DNA of 63,785 bases, filler included, from Octopus bimaculoides (Eukaryota): the NCBI RefSeq assembly GCF_001194135.2. It is 7 parts of 6 records of this genome, joined end to end, with 100 filler letters (N's around TTAATTAATTAA, not from the genome) between each part and the next. Parts side by side here need not be neighbours in the genome. Positions count along the whole stretch, not along the records: positions 35,406 to 53,000 come from NC_068993.1; 6 more parts are not named here. The stretch is one strand, 5' to 3'. The notes beneath the pieces were generated by a model. The model was not told where the DNA came from, did not search any database, and saw only the letters and a program-made list of their open reading frames with translations. The position numbers and the translations under genes are program-made. This document shows positions 39,265 to 49,847 of this stretch, one piece after another. Each line of letters opens with the position of its first letter. Position 1 is the stretch's first letter.

Positions 39265-40690
39265 GCCTATGACATGATCCAACACTCATGAATAAGTGAA
39301 TGTCTGAGTATATTCTGTATTCCAGACAACGTAAGAGAATTAATTAGCTTCAGCATGAAGAAATGGAAAGTAGATCTCTACTCGGGTGACACGCACTTAA
39401 GGAAAGTTAATATCAGAAGAGGAATTTTCCAGGGGGACTCGTTGTCCCCTTTAATATTCATCTTATTTTGATCCGCCTCAGTTTAGTATTAAGGAAGGCA
39501 AAGGCTGGATATCAGTTCAGAAATAGTAAGGGAAAAATGAACTATTTGCTCTACATGGATGATCTGAAACGTTTTAGTAAGAATGAAAAAGAGATAGATT
39601 TCTTAATACAAACTCTAAGACGCCTCAGCAAAGATATAGGCATGGAACCTGACATATATAAGTGTGCGATATTAGTCATGAGAAGGGGACAGGTAGTCAA
39701 CAGCAAAGCCATCCAATTACCAGATGGCCAACATTAAAATCATTGAAAGGAGGAGAGAGTTATAGGTATCTAGGACTATTAAAATTTAACAGAGTACTAA
39801 CTACAAAAATGAAAACGGAAACTGAGGAAGAATGCATCAGAAGGATGAGGAAGCTAATGAAGTCAAAGCTAAATGGCCCGAATCTAGTGAAAGCTGTAAA
39901 TACTTGGGCAATATGATTACTTACATACTCAGCAGCTTTTGTACATTGGACACAATTTGAATTAGCAAATCTAGACAGAAGAACTAGGAAGGAATTCAAT
40001 GTGAATGGAGGACTCCACCCAAGGTTAGGAGTATCAAGATTATAGCTACCTAAAAAGGAAGGCGGAAGAGGGTTAATATTAATAGAAGACTGCATGGAGT
40101 TAACTAGAGTAGATATTGATTCTTATGTCGGTAATAATGAAGAAAGCTTAATAAAAGCTGCTAGAGTCACAGTAAGACTTAGGGAAACCAAAAGCCCAAA
40201 CAAAGTTAAAATCTAGATAAAAAACAGAAATTATTTGACTGGCAGGAGAAAGCATTGCATGGTAGATTCCCAAAGATAGTTGCAGTACATAGTAGTAGTG
40301 AGACATGGTTATGGCTGCAGAAAGAAAAGTTGAAGAGGGAGACAAAAAGTTTGTTAGTAACACATGCTCAAGCATTAAGGACTAATTGGATAAAAGCCAA
40401 AATAGACAAAAGCCAAGCAGATTCCCGATGTAGGTTTTGCGAATCAAAAGAGGAAAGCGTTACTCAAATAGCATGCTGGCACAGAAAGAATACAAGAAAA
40501 GACAAGACAACCTAGGGAGAGTAATCAAGTGGGAGTTATGTAGAAATCTAGGATTTGAAATACTAAGATCACGAACCTAATAAAGTACTAGAAAGTAAGA
40601 AGAAATACAAGTTGTTGTGTGACTTTAACATTCAGACTGACAGAGTAATAGAAGCTAGAAGTCCTGATTTAATACTAGATAAAGAATAGA
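39265..40690 (+). mobile_element. R4/Dong-type family F, RT to RLE, starting right after (TAA)n
   Basis: IRRGIFQGDSLSPL, NYLLYMDDLK, KLNGPNLVKAVNTWA, CRFCESKEESVTQI, DFNIQTDRVIEARSPD; decayed. Confidence 0.9.
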
Positions 40691-40887
40691 AAGTAGCAGA
40701 TAAAATAAAATATCTATTACAATTGAATCGCGCTCTTGGTCTTGAATGTTTACCTTTGTGAAGAGTTACGTCAGTCCTTTTAAAATATCAAAACCATGTT
40801 ACGTCAGACCTTTTAAAATATCAAAATAATATCAAAATAATTGGAAAATATAAAAATTCTGGAAGTTACCAAAGCAGCCGAGTATAA

Positions 40888-41016
40888 ATTTAAATTTCTA
40901 TAATTTCGAATTTTTATCACTTCTTATTTTGAACTCGACAAAGACAGACTTACTGTCAAAATATCGTTCAACCAATAAAATATCAATTACAATCGAATCG
41001 CTCTCTTCGTATTGAC

Positions 41017-41065
<49 letters not shown>
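40888..41065 (+). repeat. ~130-bp direct repeat plus (TAA)n, second copy at 46138-46310
   Basis: AATTTTTATCACTTCTTATTTTGAACT..AATCGAATCGC.CTCTTCGT.TTGACTAATAAT in both copies; a partial third copy lies at 40695-40747. Confidence 0.9.
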
Positions 41066-41068
<3 letters not shown>

Positions 41069-41171
41069 GTAGCTGGACCCCTGAAAAATTCACTGAAAAT
41101 AAAAAAAATGTAAGCATCTGTAAATTGTGTGCTGATGCCATGAGAAATGTTCCTATATTGTGACAGTTAAA

Positions 41172-41367
41172 GGAGGTGAGCTGGCAGAATCGTTACAACG
41201 CCGGGCGAAATGTCTTTACGTTGTGACTTCAAATTCTGCCGAGGTCGAATTTGCCTTTCATCCTTTCGGGGTCGATAAATTAAGTACCAATTGCGTACTG
41301 GGGTCGATCTAATCAACTGGCGCCATCCCCACAAAAATTTCAGGAACTGTGCCTATAGTAGAAAAGT
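41172..41367 (+). mobile_element. SINE family C
   Basis: GGAGGTGAGCTGGCAGAATCGTTAC..GAGGTCGAATTTGCCTTTCATCC..GTGCCTATAGTAGAAAAG. Confidence 0.88.
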
Positions 41368-41767
41368 GTATTGCGACAGTTACAGAATAAAGAAAGAAGT
41401 ATAAAACCGATAACTATATAACTCATCCAAAATATCTCAGTTACGCAAACGTAAACTGATTTACTATTTAGCCTTAAAATATATCATACATATTCAGAGA
41501 ACCTTCTTGGTTTAGTGGTACTTGTTAGAAAAAATCTTTTGCTATTTAAGCAACCGGTAAAACATACATTTTTCAGTTTGAAAACAGCTGCTTGAAGTTG
41601 TCAGACGTCTTTTTGCTATTAAGGTATTTGTTACAATTCTGTTGAGCTATTATTTTTGTGTTTTTCGAAACACTTTTTATCTGCTTTGTAGCACATTTAT
41701 TTTACTTTTTCCCCCTTGTTTGAAGGGGGAAACTTATAATTTTTTGTGTCTCATTTTGTTTTACAAA

Positions 41768-42802
41768 ATGAGCGAATCCTCCGATGAGGGAACCTTGCAT
41801 TTTGAAAAACTATTGGAAGAAATAGTAAAGAATATGTCTCACCAGCAGATAAGCAAACGGAAGATAGGACCAAGAATACGGACGACAGCCATAATACCGA
41901 GAAAAATAATGAAAAAAAGATGACCAATTTTGCAGCTGTAGCTGGAGTAACCAAAGAAGGCATTAAAATTGAACAAAGTGAACTTGGATAGTACAAAAGT
42001 CTCTTTCAAAGGAGACGTAAAATTGACCCCTCCCGGCGAAGTCACACTAACCACCCAAAGGAAGACTGTAATATTTAAAGCGTATTCTATCAAAAACAAA
42101 AGGATTGACATGGTCTCCAAGGAGGTCATAGAAAAGTGTTTGCGCCCTATATGGCAAGACATTGCCTATATAACCAGGGGAAGGAGATTCGCCACGGTGG
42201 AGGTACGTTTTCACATCGAGGAAAAAGCCAGGCAATATTCGACAGCCTCACTCAAGTCAGCCAAGGTGGTCCTCCTGCCACCATATCTTGGAAGGCGTAC
42301 TTCCAAGGTAAGGATGGGAGAAATACCACCTGAAATTGATGTTGCCTGGCTCGTAGCAGCATTGATATTAGGCTTGGAGAACAAAACCACCATCCTCCGA
42401 GCCACCAAATTTCACCAACAGAACTGGCAGGGACAAGGGTTAGAGATGCTAATCCAAGCTGCCCCTGCCGACTTGGAAGAAATTCCAGATTCAATATTGA
42501 TTGGAGAAGAAACAAATCTAAGGGTTATGGTGGAAAGAAGGAAACCACGATGCTATAAGTGTGGCCAAAAAGAGCAGTGTCCTCCACAACCTGTACCCAC
42601 ACCACCCGCGCAAACTTTTGCAACTCCGCCAGCCACGAAATCATCTGTACCCCCACCACCCATGAAAACTATTCCTGAAGCGTGGAAAAAATATAGAGAA
42701 ATAGGAGCCTGCAGAGGACCCGAAAACGGTGAAAAGAAAAGATACAGAAACAATACTCGAAGACACAGAGTGGATTATTGTCGCACTCCCGCCAAAATGT
42801 AG
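41768..42802 (+). pseudogene. ORF1 (gag-like, RRM-like plus zinc knuckle) of an L1/Tx1-like retrotransposon
   Basis: ATG at 41768 and a frameshift near the A-run at ~41915, then an open frame of 277 aa. It contains RCYKCGQK--EQC (CCHC knuckle lacking ~4 codons) and a Pro-rich tail, and lies directly upstream of an APE ORF. Confidence 0.8.
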
Positions 42803-43239
42803 AAAAAGGATGAACCCCCTCCCAACTCCCACAAAGACTAATGTACCCATCACAAGCACACATGTACTCACCACCGCAAGCACACAAGGTTTCCAAACTC
42901 CCCGTCCACTGCCTCCAAATCATGCATAAATATTACATCTATTAACGCTAAAATATAGAACTAAAAAAAGAAATAGAAAATATAATAACTGTAAAACCAT
43001 TTAACAATCCCCAAAACACAAATATCCCTCCTCATATTCATTTTTACATCATTGAGAGCATTAATTATAGTTTAATTTTAAAAATCATACTCCGAAGACG
43101 TTGGACCACTACAGAGGAATTTCTCCTCTCATTTATATCAGAAATTCATAAAGGATACCTCACAAACCACGCCACCTGAAAAAATGGACGAGGAGAGATT
43201 ACCACCCGCCTCCTCTAAAGGTAAATTAAACAAATGTTC

Positions 43240-44645
43240 TCACTCAATGTAGGTTTATAAATGAGCGCGGTCTGGGGTAGGATTGGAAGCAAAGCTGCCT
43301 CCTTGACGACCTCGGGTAGCATAGATTGGACTTAGTAGTTACTACTGAAACCAGACTGGGTGGATTGCAGGCTTTTTCGTCCCTCTTAAATGGCTACGAG
43401 AAATTTATTTCTCTATGTTAACCTGGAGGGGAAGAGGAGTTGCAGTTCTATTCAGGAAAAATCTGGATTTAGAGGTAAAAACTGTCTTTGTAGAGCCGGA
43501 GGGCAGGTTAGTCGTCCTTGATGTGACTCACAGCAGTGGTAATTCCTTCAGGCTGGTGACTGTCTATGCTCCTTGTGGAGTAGGGTAGTCTGACTATTTC
43601 AAAAGCCTAGAGAATTTTCTAGGAACGTCGCACACTTTAGTGTTGTTAGGAGATTTTAGCACAATCTGCGATGATTGTGTTGGCTCGAACCCGGATAGGA
43701 GGGGAAACTCTTGGCTCAGCGGTCTGCTAAGCCGTTTTCAGCTGGCAGTCCGATTCAGACTGGATCACTCGGATGTTCCATTGTGGACATGAGCGAATAA
43801 CGATGGGTCGTCCAGATTTTATCAAGACAGAGTTCTTGTTAGAATTAAAGATAAGAACATAGCTAGTTGTCCACAACATCATATTGTCAAATACTGTGAT
43901 TACAAATTTGTGACCTGTAGGTTTGACTTAGATGGTATGTGTAGACAGGGACCCGATTATTGGAAGCTAAACAGGTCACTTTTGGCCTGTGAAGCCTACA
44001 GGAATCGGATTAGGCAGTAAGTGATGAGGGCATTAACCGGTACCATTATTAACAACAAATAGTGGTATGCCCTCAAAAGAGCCATTAAATTTGAAGCCAT
44101 TAGATTTAGTAAGGAGCTAGCCAGTAATAGAAATAGAATAGAAAAGGCTTTACTTAAAACTCTAGAGGAGGCAATTAGGTCAGGCTCTGAATCCAGAATT
44201 TTAGCTACGTGGTTGGCGCTCGACCAACATCTCAAAGCTAAACATAAAGGATGCATTGTCAGGGCTAAGTTACGTGCAATAGGACAAGAAGGTATCAACG
44301 TTGCCGGATGGGTCCGTGTGTTAGAGGCCCAACGTGGAAATAATGCAACAATAAGGTCTTTGACGCACCAACATCAACATTCAGTAAACGAACCGGAGGA
44401 GATGTGCAAAGTGTTTCACGAGCATTTCCCCCAGCTTTTCGGGAGGGGCGGTAGGCCAGAGTGTAAGGAGGACCTAACGGACTTCCTCGCCGGTTTGCTG
44501 CGTCTCTCGGGATGGGAAGCGGAATGCTGTGAAGGGCCAATCATAGCTGCGGAAGTGAAGGAGACATTGTCGAACTGCGGCGGGGACAAGCCACCGGGAC
44601 TAAATGGTTTTCCCTACGAACTGTATTATAGTATGTCAGACTTGT
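43240..44645 (+). pseudogene. ORF2 (AP endonuclease to RT start) of the L1/Tx1-like element, 3'-truncated
   Basis: INERGL, LVVTTETRL, RGVAVLF, GRLVVLDV, LVTVYAP, LVLLGDF, DYWKLNRSLL, DKPPGLNGFPYELY; multiple stops and frameshifts. Confidence 0.9.
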
Positions 44646-44679
44646 GTGTGCGCACCTACTTGCATGCGTCTATAGCAAG

Positions 44680-44935
44680 TGGCAGCAAAATCAGTTTTTA
44701 AGTTTTATAACAGGCGGAAAGAAAGAAAAACCCCTTTTGAAATGCCAGCGAAACGTCGGTGCCAGCTAATCATTAAAGGAATTTTGTCATCTATTGTATT
44801 TTGTTTGCTAAAATTATGCGTGTAGGTTTGACTATCTTTGTTAATCTTAGCTATTTCATCTGCTATTTCCTTTAAACGTGATTCACTAACCTCGTTAGAC
44901 ATAATGACATACAAAAGCATTTGCATGTTTCCAGT
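44680..44935 (-). mobile_element. Penelope-like element remnant (post-RT linker)
   Basis: IMSNEVSESRLKEI..KQNTIDDKIPLMISWHRRFAGISK resembles PLE RRICSN..ESRLKEL..KIPLVITYH.. Confidence 0.5.
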
Positions 44936-45139
44936 AATCCCCTANNNNNNNNNNACACACACTCACTCACATACAAATACTCACACACACACACACTCAC
45001 TCACTCTCTCTCTCACACGCACACACGCAAATTTGTTAATATATGAAAAAATTTCCGCTTTGCAATCGCTTGGTTTTGATAGCTCCCGGATCGATCAATA
45101 TGCACATACATGAAATGAACTGAGTAATGTACATGCATG

Positions 45140-45480
45140 CATGCATCCACCATCCATCCCTTCATTCACTCATCCATCCATCCATCCATCCACTTACCCA
45201 TCCACCCATCTATCCATCCATCCATCCAGTCAGCCAGCCAGCCAGCCAGCCAGCCACCCATCTATCCATCTCAGCCACCCACTTCTCCATCCATCCATCC
45301 ATCCATCCATCCATCCATCCAGCCAGCCAGCCAGCCAGCCAGCCACCCACCTCTCCATCTACTCATCCAACCATCCATCCATTCACCCATCCATCCATCC
45401 ATCCTCCCACCTCTCCATCTACTCATCCAACCATCCATCCATCCACCCATCCATTCATTCATTCATCCACCAATCCATAA
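45140..45480. repeat. (CCAT/CCAG)n tract with a ~60-bp higher-order duplication
   Basis: CCCACCTCTCCATCTACTCATCCAACCATCC at ~45346 and ~45406. Confidence 0.9.
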
Positions 45481-46264
45481 ACACACTCAAATATACACAC
45501 GTGTATATATGTATATATGCATGAATGTTCGTGTGTATCCACAAACACACACACACCCAAATATGTAACGCGTGTATAAACATATATATGCATATACATG
45601 TATATAAACATATATATATATGCATATACATGTATATACATATATACCCGTGAGTGTGTCTGTATAAACATATATATGCATATACATGTATATACATATA
45701 TATCTGTGTGTGTGTCTGTGTGTAATGAATTAATTTGGATATTAACCCCGGAGTTTATCCTTCTAAGCTCATTGACGGGTACAGGCTAGCAGACAACACA
45801 GTAATCCAGAGATTGTTTCATCATACACATGTCTGATAATACACAAATATCCGTAGAGGTTTAGCAATTACAATCAAGAACAATGGTGTGAGCAAGTCTT
45901 TTTATTACATCAATTAACAATACCTTCATCTGAATTCGATCTCACCGATAGGAGAATATCATCAAATTTATACAAAACTGTTTGATTGAATATTCTTCTT
46001 TCTCTCTTTTTCTTTCATTTTTTCTGTCGTCTTCCTTTGTCTATTTTTTCTTTCTTTCCGCCTGTTATAAAACTTAAAAACTGATGATGTCATTCCATCA
46101 ACGTGTGGACGCTGGTTGCTCTCGTTCATACTTTACGTTTAAACTTCTGTAATTTTGAATTTTTATCACTTCTTATTTTGAACTTGACAAAGACAGACGT
46201 ACTGTTGAAATATTGTTCAACTAATAAAATATCTATACAATCGAATCGCGCTCTTCGTCTTGAC

Positions 46265-46297
<33 letters not shown>

Positions 46298-46585
46298 TAA
46301 TAATAATAATAACACCGGGGACGTTTAGCACGTGAGAGCGATAAAACACTACTTCGAAATCTATCCAAAAACATCGGAAATAAAGACAACAAATGGAGCC
46401 TAAAATAACTGACAAAGTGTTGGACTATATCCGAATAATACTCATTGAAATTTATTTTTATTTTCCGAATGAAACGATGTATTTTAACTGTGTGTCATCT
46501 CCGTCACTCGCACATGTATAAACACACTCGCCAGACTGACAAAGCGCTGGATTACACCCAAGTAAGGAATACTCATTAAAAGTGT

Positions 46586-46680
46586 TGGACTATATCCGAG
46601 TAAATACACTGGACTATATCCGAGTAAATACACTGGACTATATCCGAGTAAATACACTGGACTATATCCGATTAAGTACA
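46586..46680. repeat. 24-bp minisatellite, about 4 copies
   Basis: TGGACTATATCCGAGTAAATACAC at 46586, 46610 and 46634, partial at 46658; a related unit lies at ~46419. Confidence 0.95.
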
Positions 46681-46862
46681 TATCACAAATACGTAAGTAC
46701 GTGGACTAACTAATACGTATTCATCCTAGTTTTACATGAACACATTTTCATATTTCAAAATAGCATTAAGTAATGTATAAACAAGCGCGCGCACACACGT
46801 AAGCGAATCGAATAAAAACAAACGACGAAGACTAGTCATTATTGATCACAAAAGCAGTAAAC

Positions 46863-46897
<35 letters not shown>

Positions 46898-46959
46898 CTC
46901 TCCATCCCCTATTCCCAATTCCTCCGTCTACGCAAAATCAGCAAAAAAAAAAAAAAAAA

Positions 46960-48978
46960 GGCAACTGAAAGGCCCCGGGACTAGATGGAGTTGAAGGCTA
47001 CTGGATCAAAAGATTTAGTAAATACTATGCACGAATAGCTGCACAGCTCAACACCTTGTTAAATGCCGACCAAGTCACGCCAGAGTGTTTGACAATGGGT
47101 TGGACAGTACTTGAAAAACATCGAAAAAGGCAATACGGTAGACAATTACAGGCCGATATACTGCCTGCAACTTATGTGGAAATTATTGGCTACAATAATC
47201 GCAGAGTCAATGTTCGGACATCTGGAAAATAAATGGAGTCCTGCCACATGAGCATAAGGGGTGAAAAAGTAAGTGCAGAGGTACCAAGGATTAACTCCTG
47301 GTAGACAAGACTGTACTTATAGACTGCAAGAGGAGGAAAACTAGCTTAGCCATGTCATGGATCGATTATCGTAAGGCATTCGACATGATTCCACATTTTT
47401 GGATTATGGAATGTATGAACCTATTTGGCATTGCATCGAATGTTGAGCGATTGCTTGGAAAAAGTATGACGAAATGGAGGACGGAACTGACAGCATACAG
47501 AAGAAGTTTAAGGACAATAGAAATCAGGAGGGGCATCTTCCAAGGGGACTGCCAGTCCCCGCTGATCTTTGTACTATGCATGATACCACTAACACTGATT
47601 CTGAGGAAAGCAAAGGCTGGGTACGTATTCAAAAACCGCCAACAAAAAGTCAACTGTTTGTTATTCATGGATGACCTCCAACTTTATGGTAAAGATGAAT
47701 CCCAAGTCAGTTCCCTCGTTGATACGGTGTATACCTTCAGTGCTAATATCAGAATGGAGTTCGGGCTGAAAAAGTGTGGTGTGTTAGTCTTGAAGAGAGG
47801 CAAAATCAAATGTATGGACGGGCTAGCGATACCATCGGGAGAGGTTATGAAGCAAATAGAAGAGACTGGCTATAAGTACTTGGGCATATTGGAAATGGAT
47901 AAATTGATGAAGAAAGAAATGACAGAAAAATTTAAGGTGGAGTACTTGCGCAGACTGAGACTGATCCTTAAGTCGAAATTAAACGGACGGAATAAGATTG
48001 AAGCTATCAACACTTGGGCGGTTTCACTCCTTAGATATGGAGCAGGGGTAATCGCATGGACAGCTTAGACAAAGACAAGGAAGTTGCTGATTAGATATGG
48101 GATACTCCACCCAAAAAGTGACACAGACAGACTGTATGTACCAAGAAAAACAGCGGGGAGAGGACTGATTGGATGCGAACACAGCATTAGCGCAGAAGAA
48201 AATAACATAGCATGGTATGTAAAAATTGCCACAGAACCGCTATTATTAGAAGTAAGAAGGTCAGGCTTGTGTAGGATGGAAGATTGCAAAGATAAAGTAT
48301 TGTACAAACACATGAGAATGAATGAAACTGAAAATAGAAAAGAATGCATGGACAATTTCATAGAGATGCTGAAGATAAGACAGAGAAAAAAGATGGCTAT
48401 GGATGACTAAAATTGACTTAAGAACCAATTACATCAAATACAGAATAGACAACACATCAGAATAGACAAAGTGATAAGTGCAGAATTTGTGGACAAAATG
48501 ATGAAACTGTATGGCATATTACCAGTGAGTGTACGCCACTAGCCCAGAAAGAATATAAGAATCGTCATAAACCCGAAGGCATCATCGAATATGATAATGC
48601 AAAGATCCTATGGGATTTGATGGTTCAATGCGACATTGAGATAGAGAATAGGACACCAGACATAGTGTTGAGAAAGAAACCAAACGATGCTGACAACAAT
48701 GTATGCGATAATGAAGAAAGAAGAGTTGATAGATATTACAGGTTAGCTTGGAAGGTTAAGCAGTTGTGGTCGCTGAAAAAGGTGATAGTAGTACCAATAA
48801 TTGTCGGAGCTCCGGGAACAGTGAGTAAAAATCTTGAGAAGTACATGGAACAAATTGCTTGGAATCCCTCGAATACTCCGGATGGTGCTGGAAAAATAGG
48901 GGGTGTTACCTTAGTTCACTGGTAGTGAACAGCTGACACCGTAGTATATCCCCAGCGTTAGAAGCTGTGCAAAGACAA
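46960..48978 (+). mobile_element. R4/Dong-type family A, longest copy (RT, thumb, CCHC, partial RLE, 3' UTR)
   Basis: [70 protein letters not shown]; a 238-aa open stretch at 47352-48068. Confidence 0.94.
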
Positions 48979-48987
48979 TAAAATAAT

Positions 48988-49187
48988 AATCCTTTCTACT
49001 ATAGGCACAAGGTCTGAAATTTTGGGGGAGGGGTTAAGTCGATTACATCGACCCCAGTGTTTCACTATTAATTTATTGACTCTGAAAGGATGAAAGGCAA
49101 AGTCGATCACCGTGAAATTTGAACTCAAAACGTAAGGACGGACGAAAAACCGCTAAGCATTTCGCCCGGAATGCCAACAATTCTGCT
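48988..49187 (-). mobile_element. SINE family C whose tail abuts the Dong element
   Basis: AATCCTTTCTACTATAGGCACAAGG..GCTAAGCATTTCGCCCGG. Confidence 0.87.
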
Positions 49188-49809
49188 ATTTCGATAATAA
49201 TAATGAGTTCTTTTTTGCCACAAAAAACTAATTCACACATGCAACTGAAAAAAGTTCACAGAAAATTAGATGAGCGGAGATGGACAAAACAAAACCAAAG
49301 TTACATTAAAAACGGGAGAAGCGACAGAGAAGTGGCTATGGTAAAATTTGATATAAATTATAATTCAAACCCATAGTAGCTTTAGTTATTCCTACATTAT
49401 AGTTGCTATTTTTATAATGAAATAACAACTACTTCTGTTACAAAAACAGATAAATGAAATTCAACCGCAAGTTTGACGACGGAAGTGTGTTCCAGTTAAC
49501 TTTTGCCCCAAAAGTGAAATAACGACATTTCAAAAATTTGACATTAAACTTTCCTGTAAACTAGACGATACCATCTCCGTCATTTTACCTTTAGAGTATA
49601 CAACACCACTACCATCAATTCTCGTCTGAAACAGATTTTCATCAACAGCAGGAATATTTGGAGATAGACTTCGTAGAATATGTTGTGAGAATATTATTTT
49701 AGGATTGAATAACTGTCAAATTCTTTGCTCATACACATACATCTCTCCCTCTCTGTCTCTTTTTAAATGTGTGTGTATGTGTGTGTGTGTGTGTGTGTGT
49801 ACACGCACG

Positions 49810-49845
<36 letters not shown>

Positions 49846-49847
<2 letters not shown>

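Noticed and set aside
46586-46680. CRISPR-like array
   Set aside because: It is a pure tandem repeat without spacers, there are no cas genes, and the context is eukaryotic.
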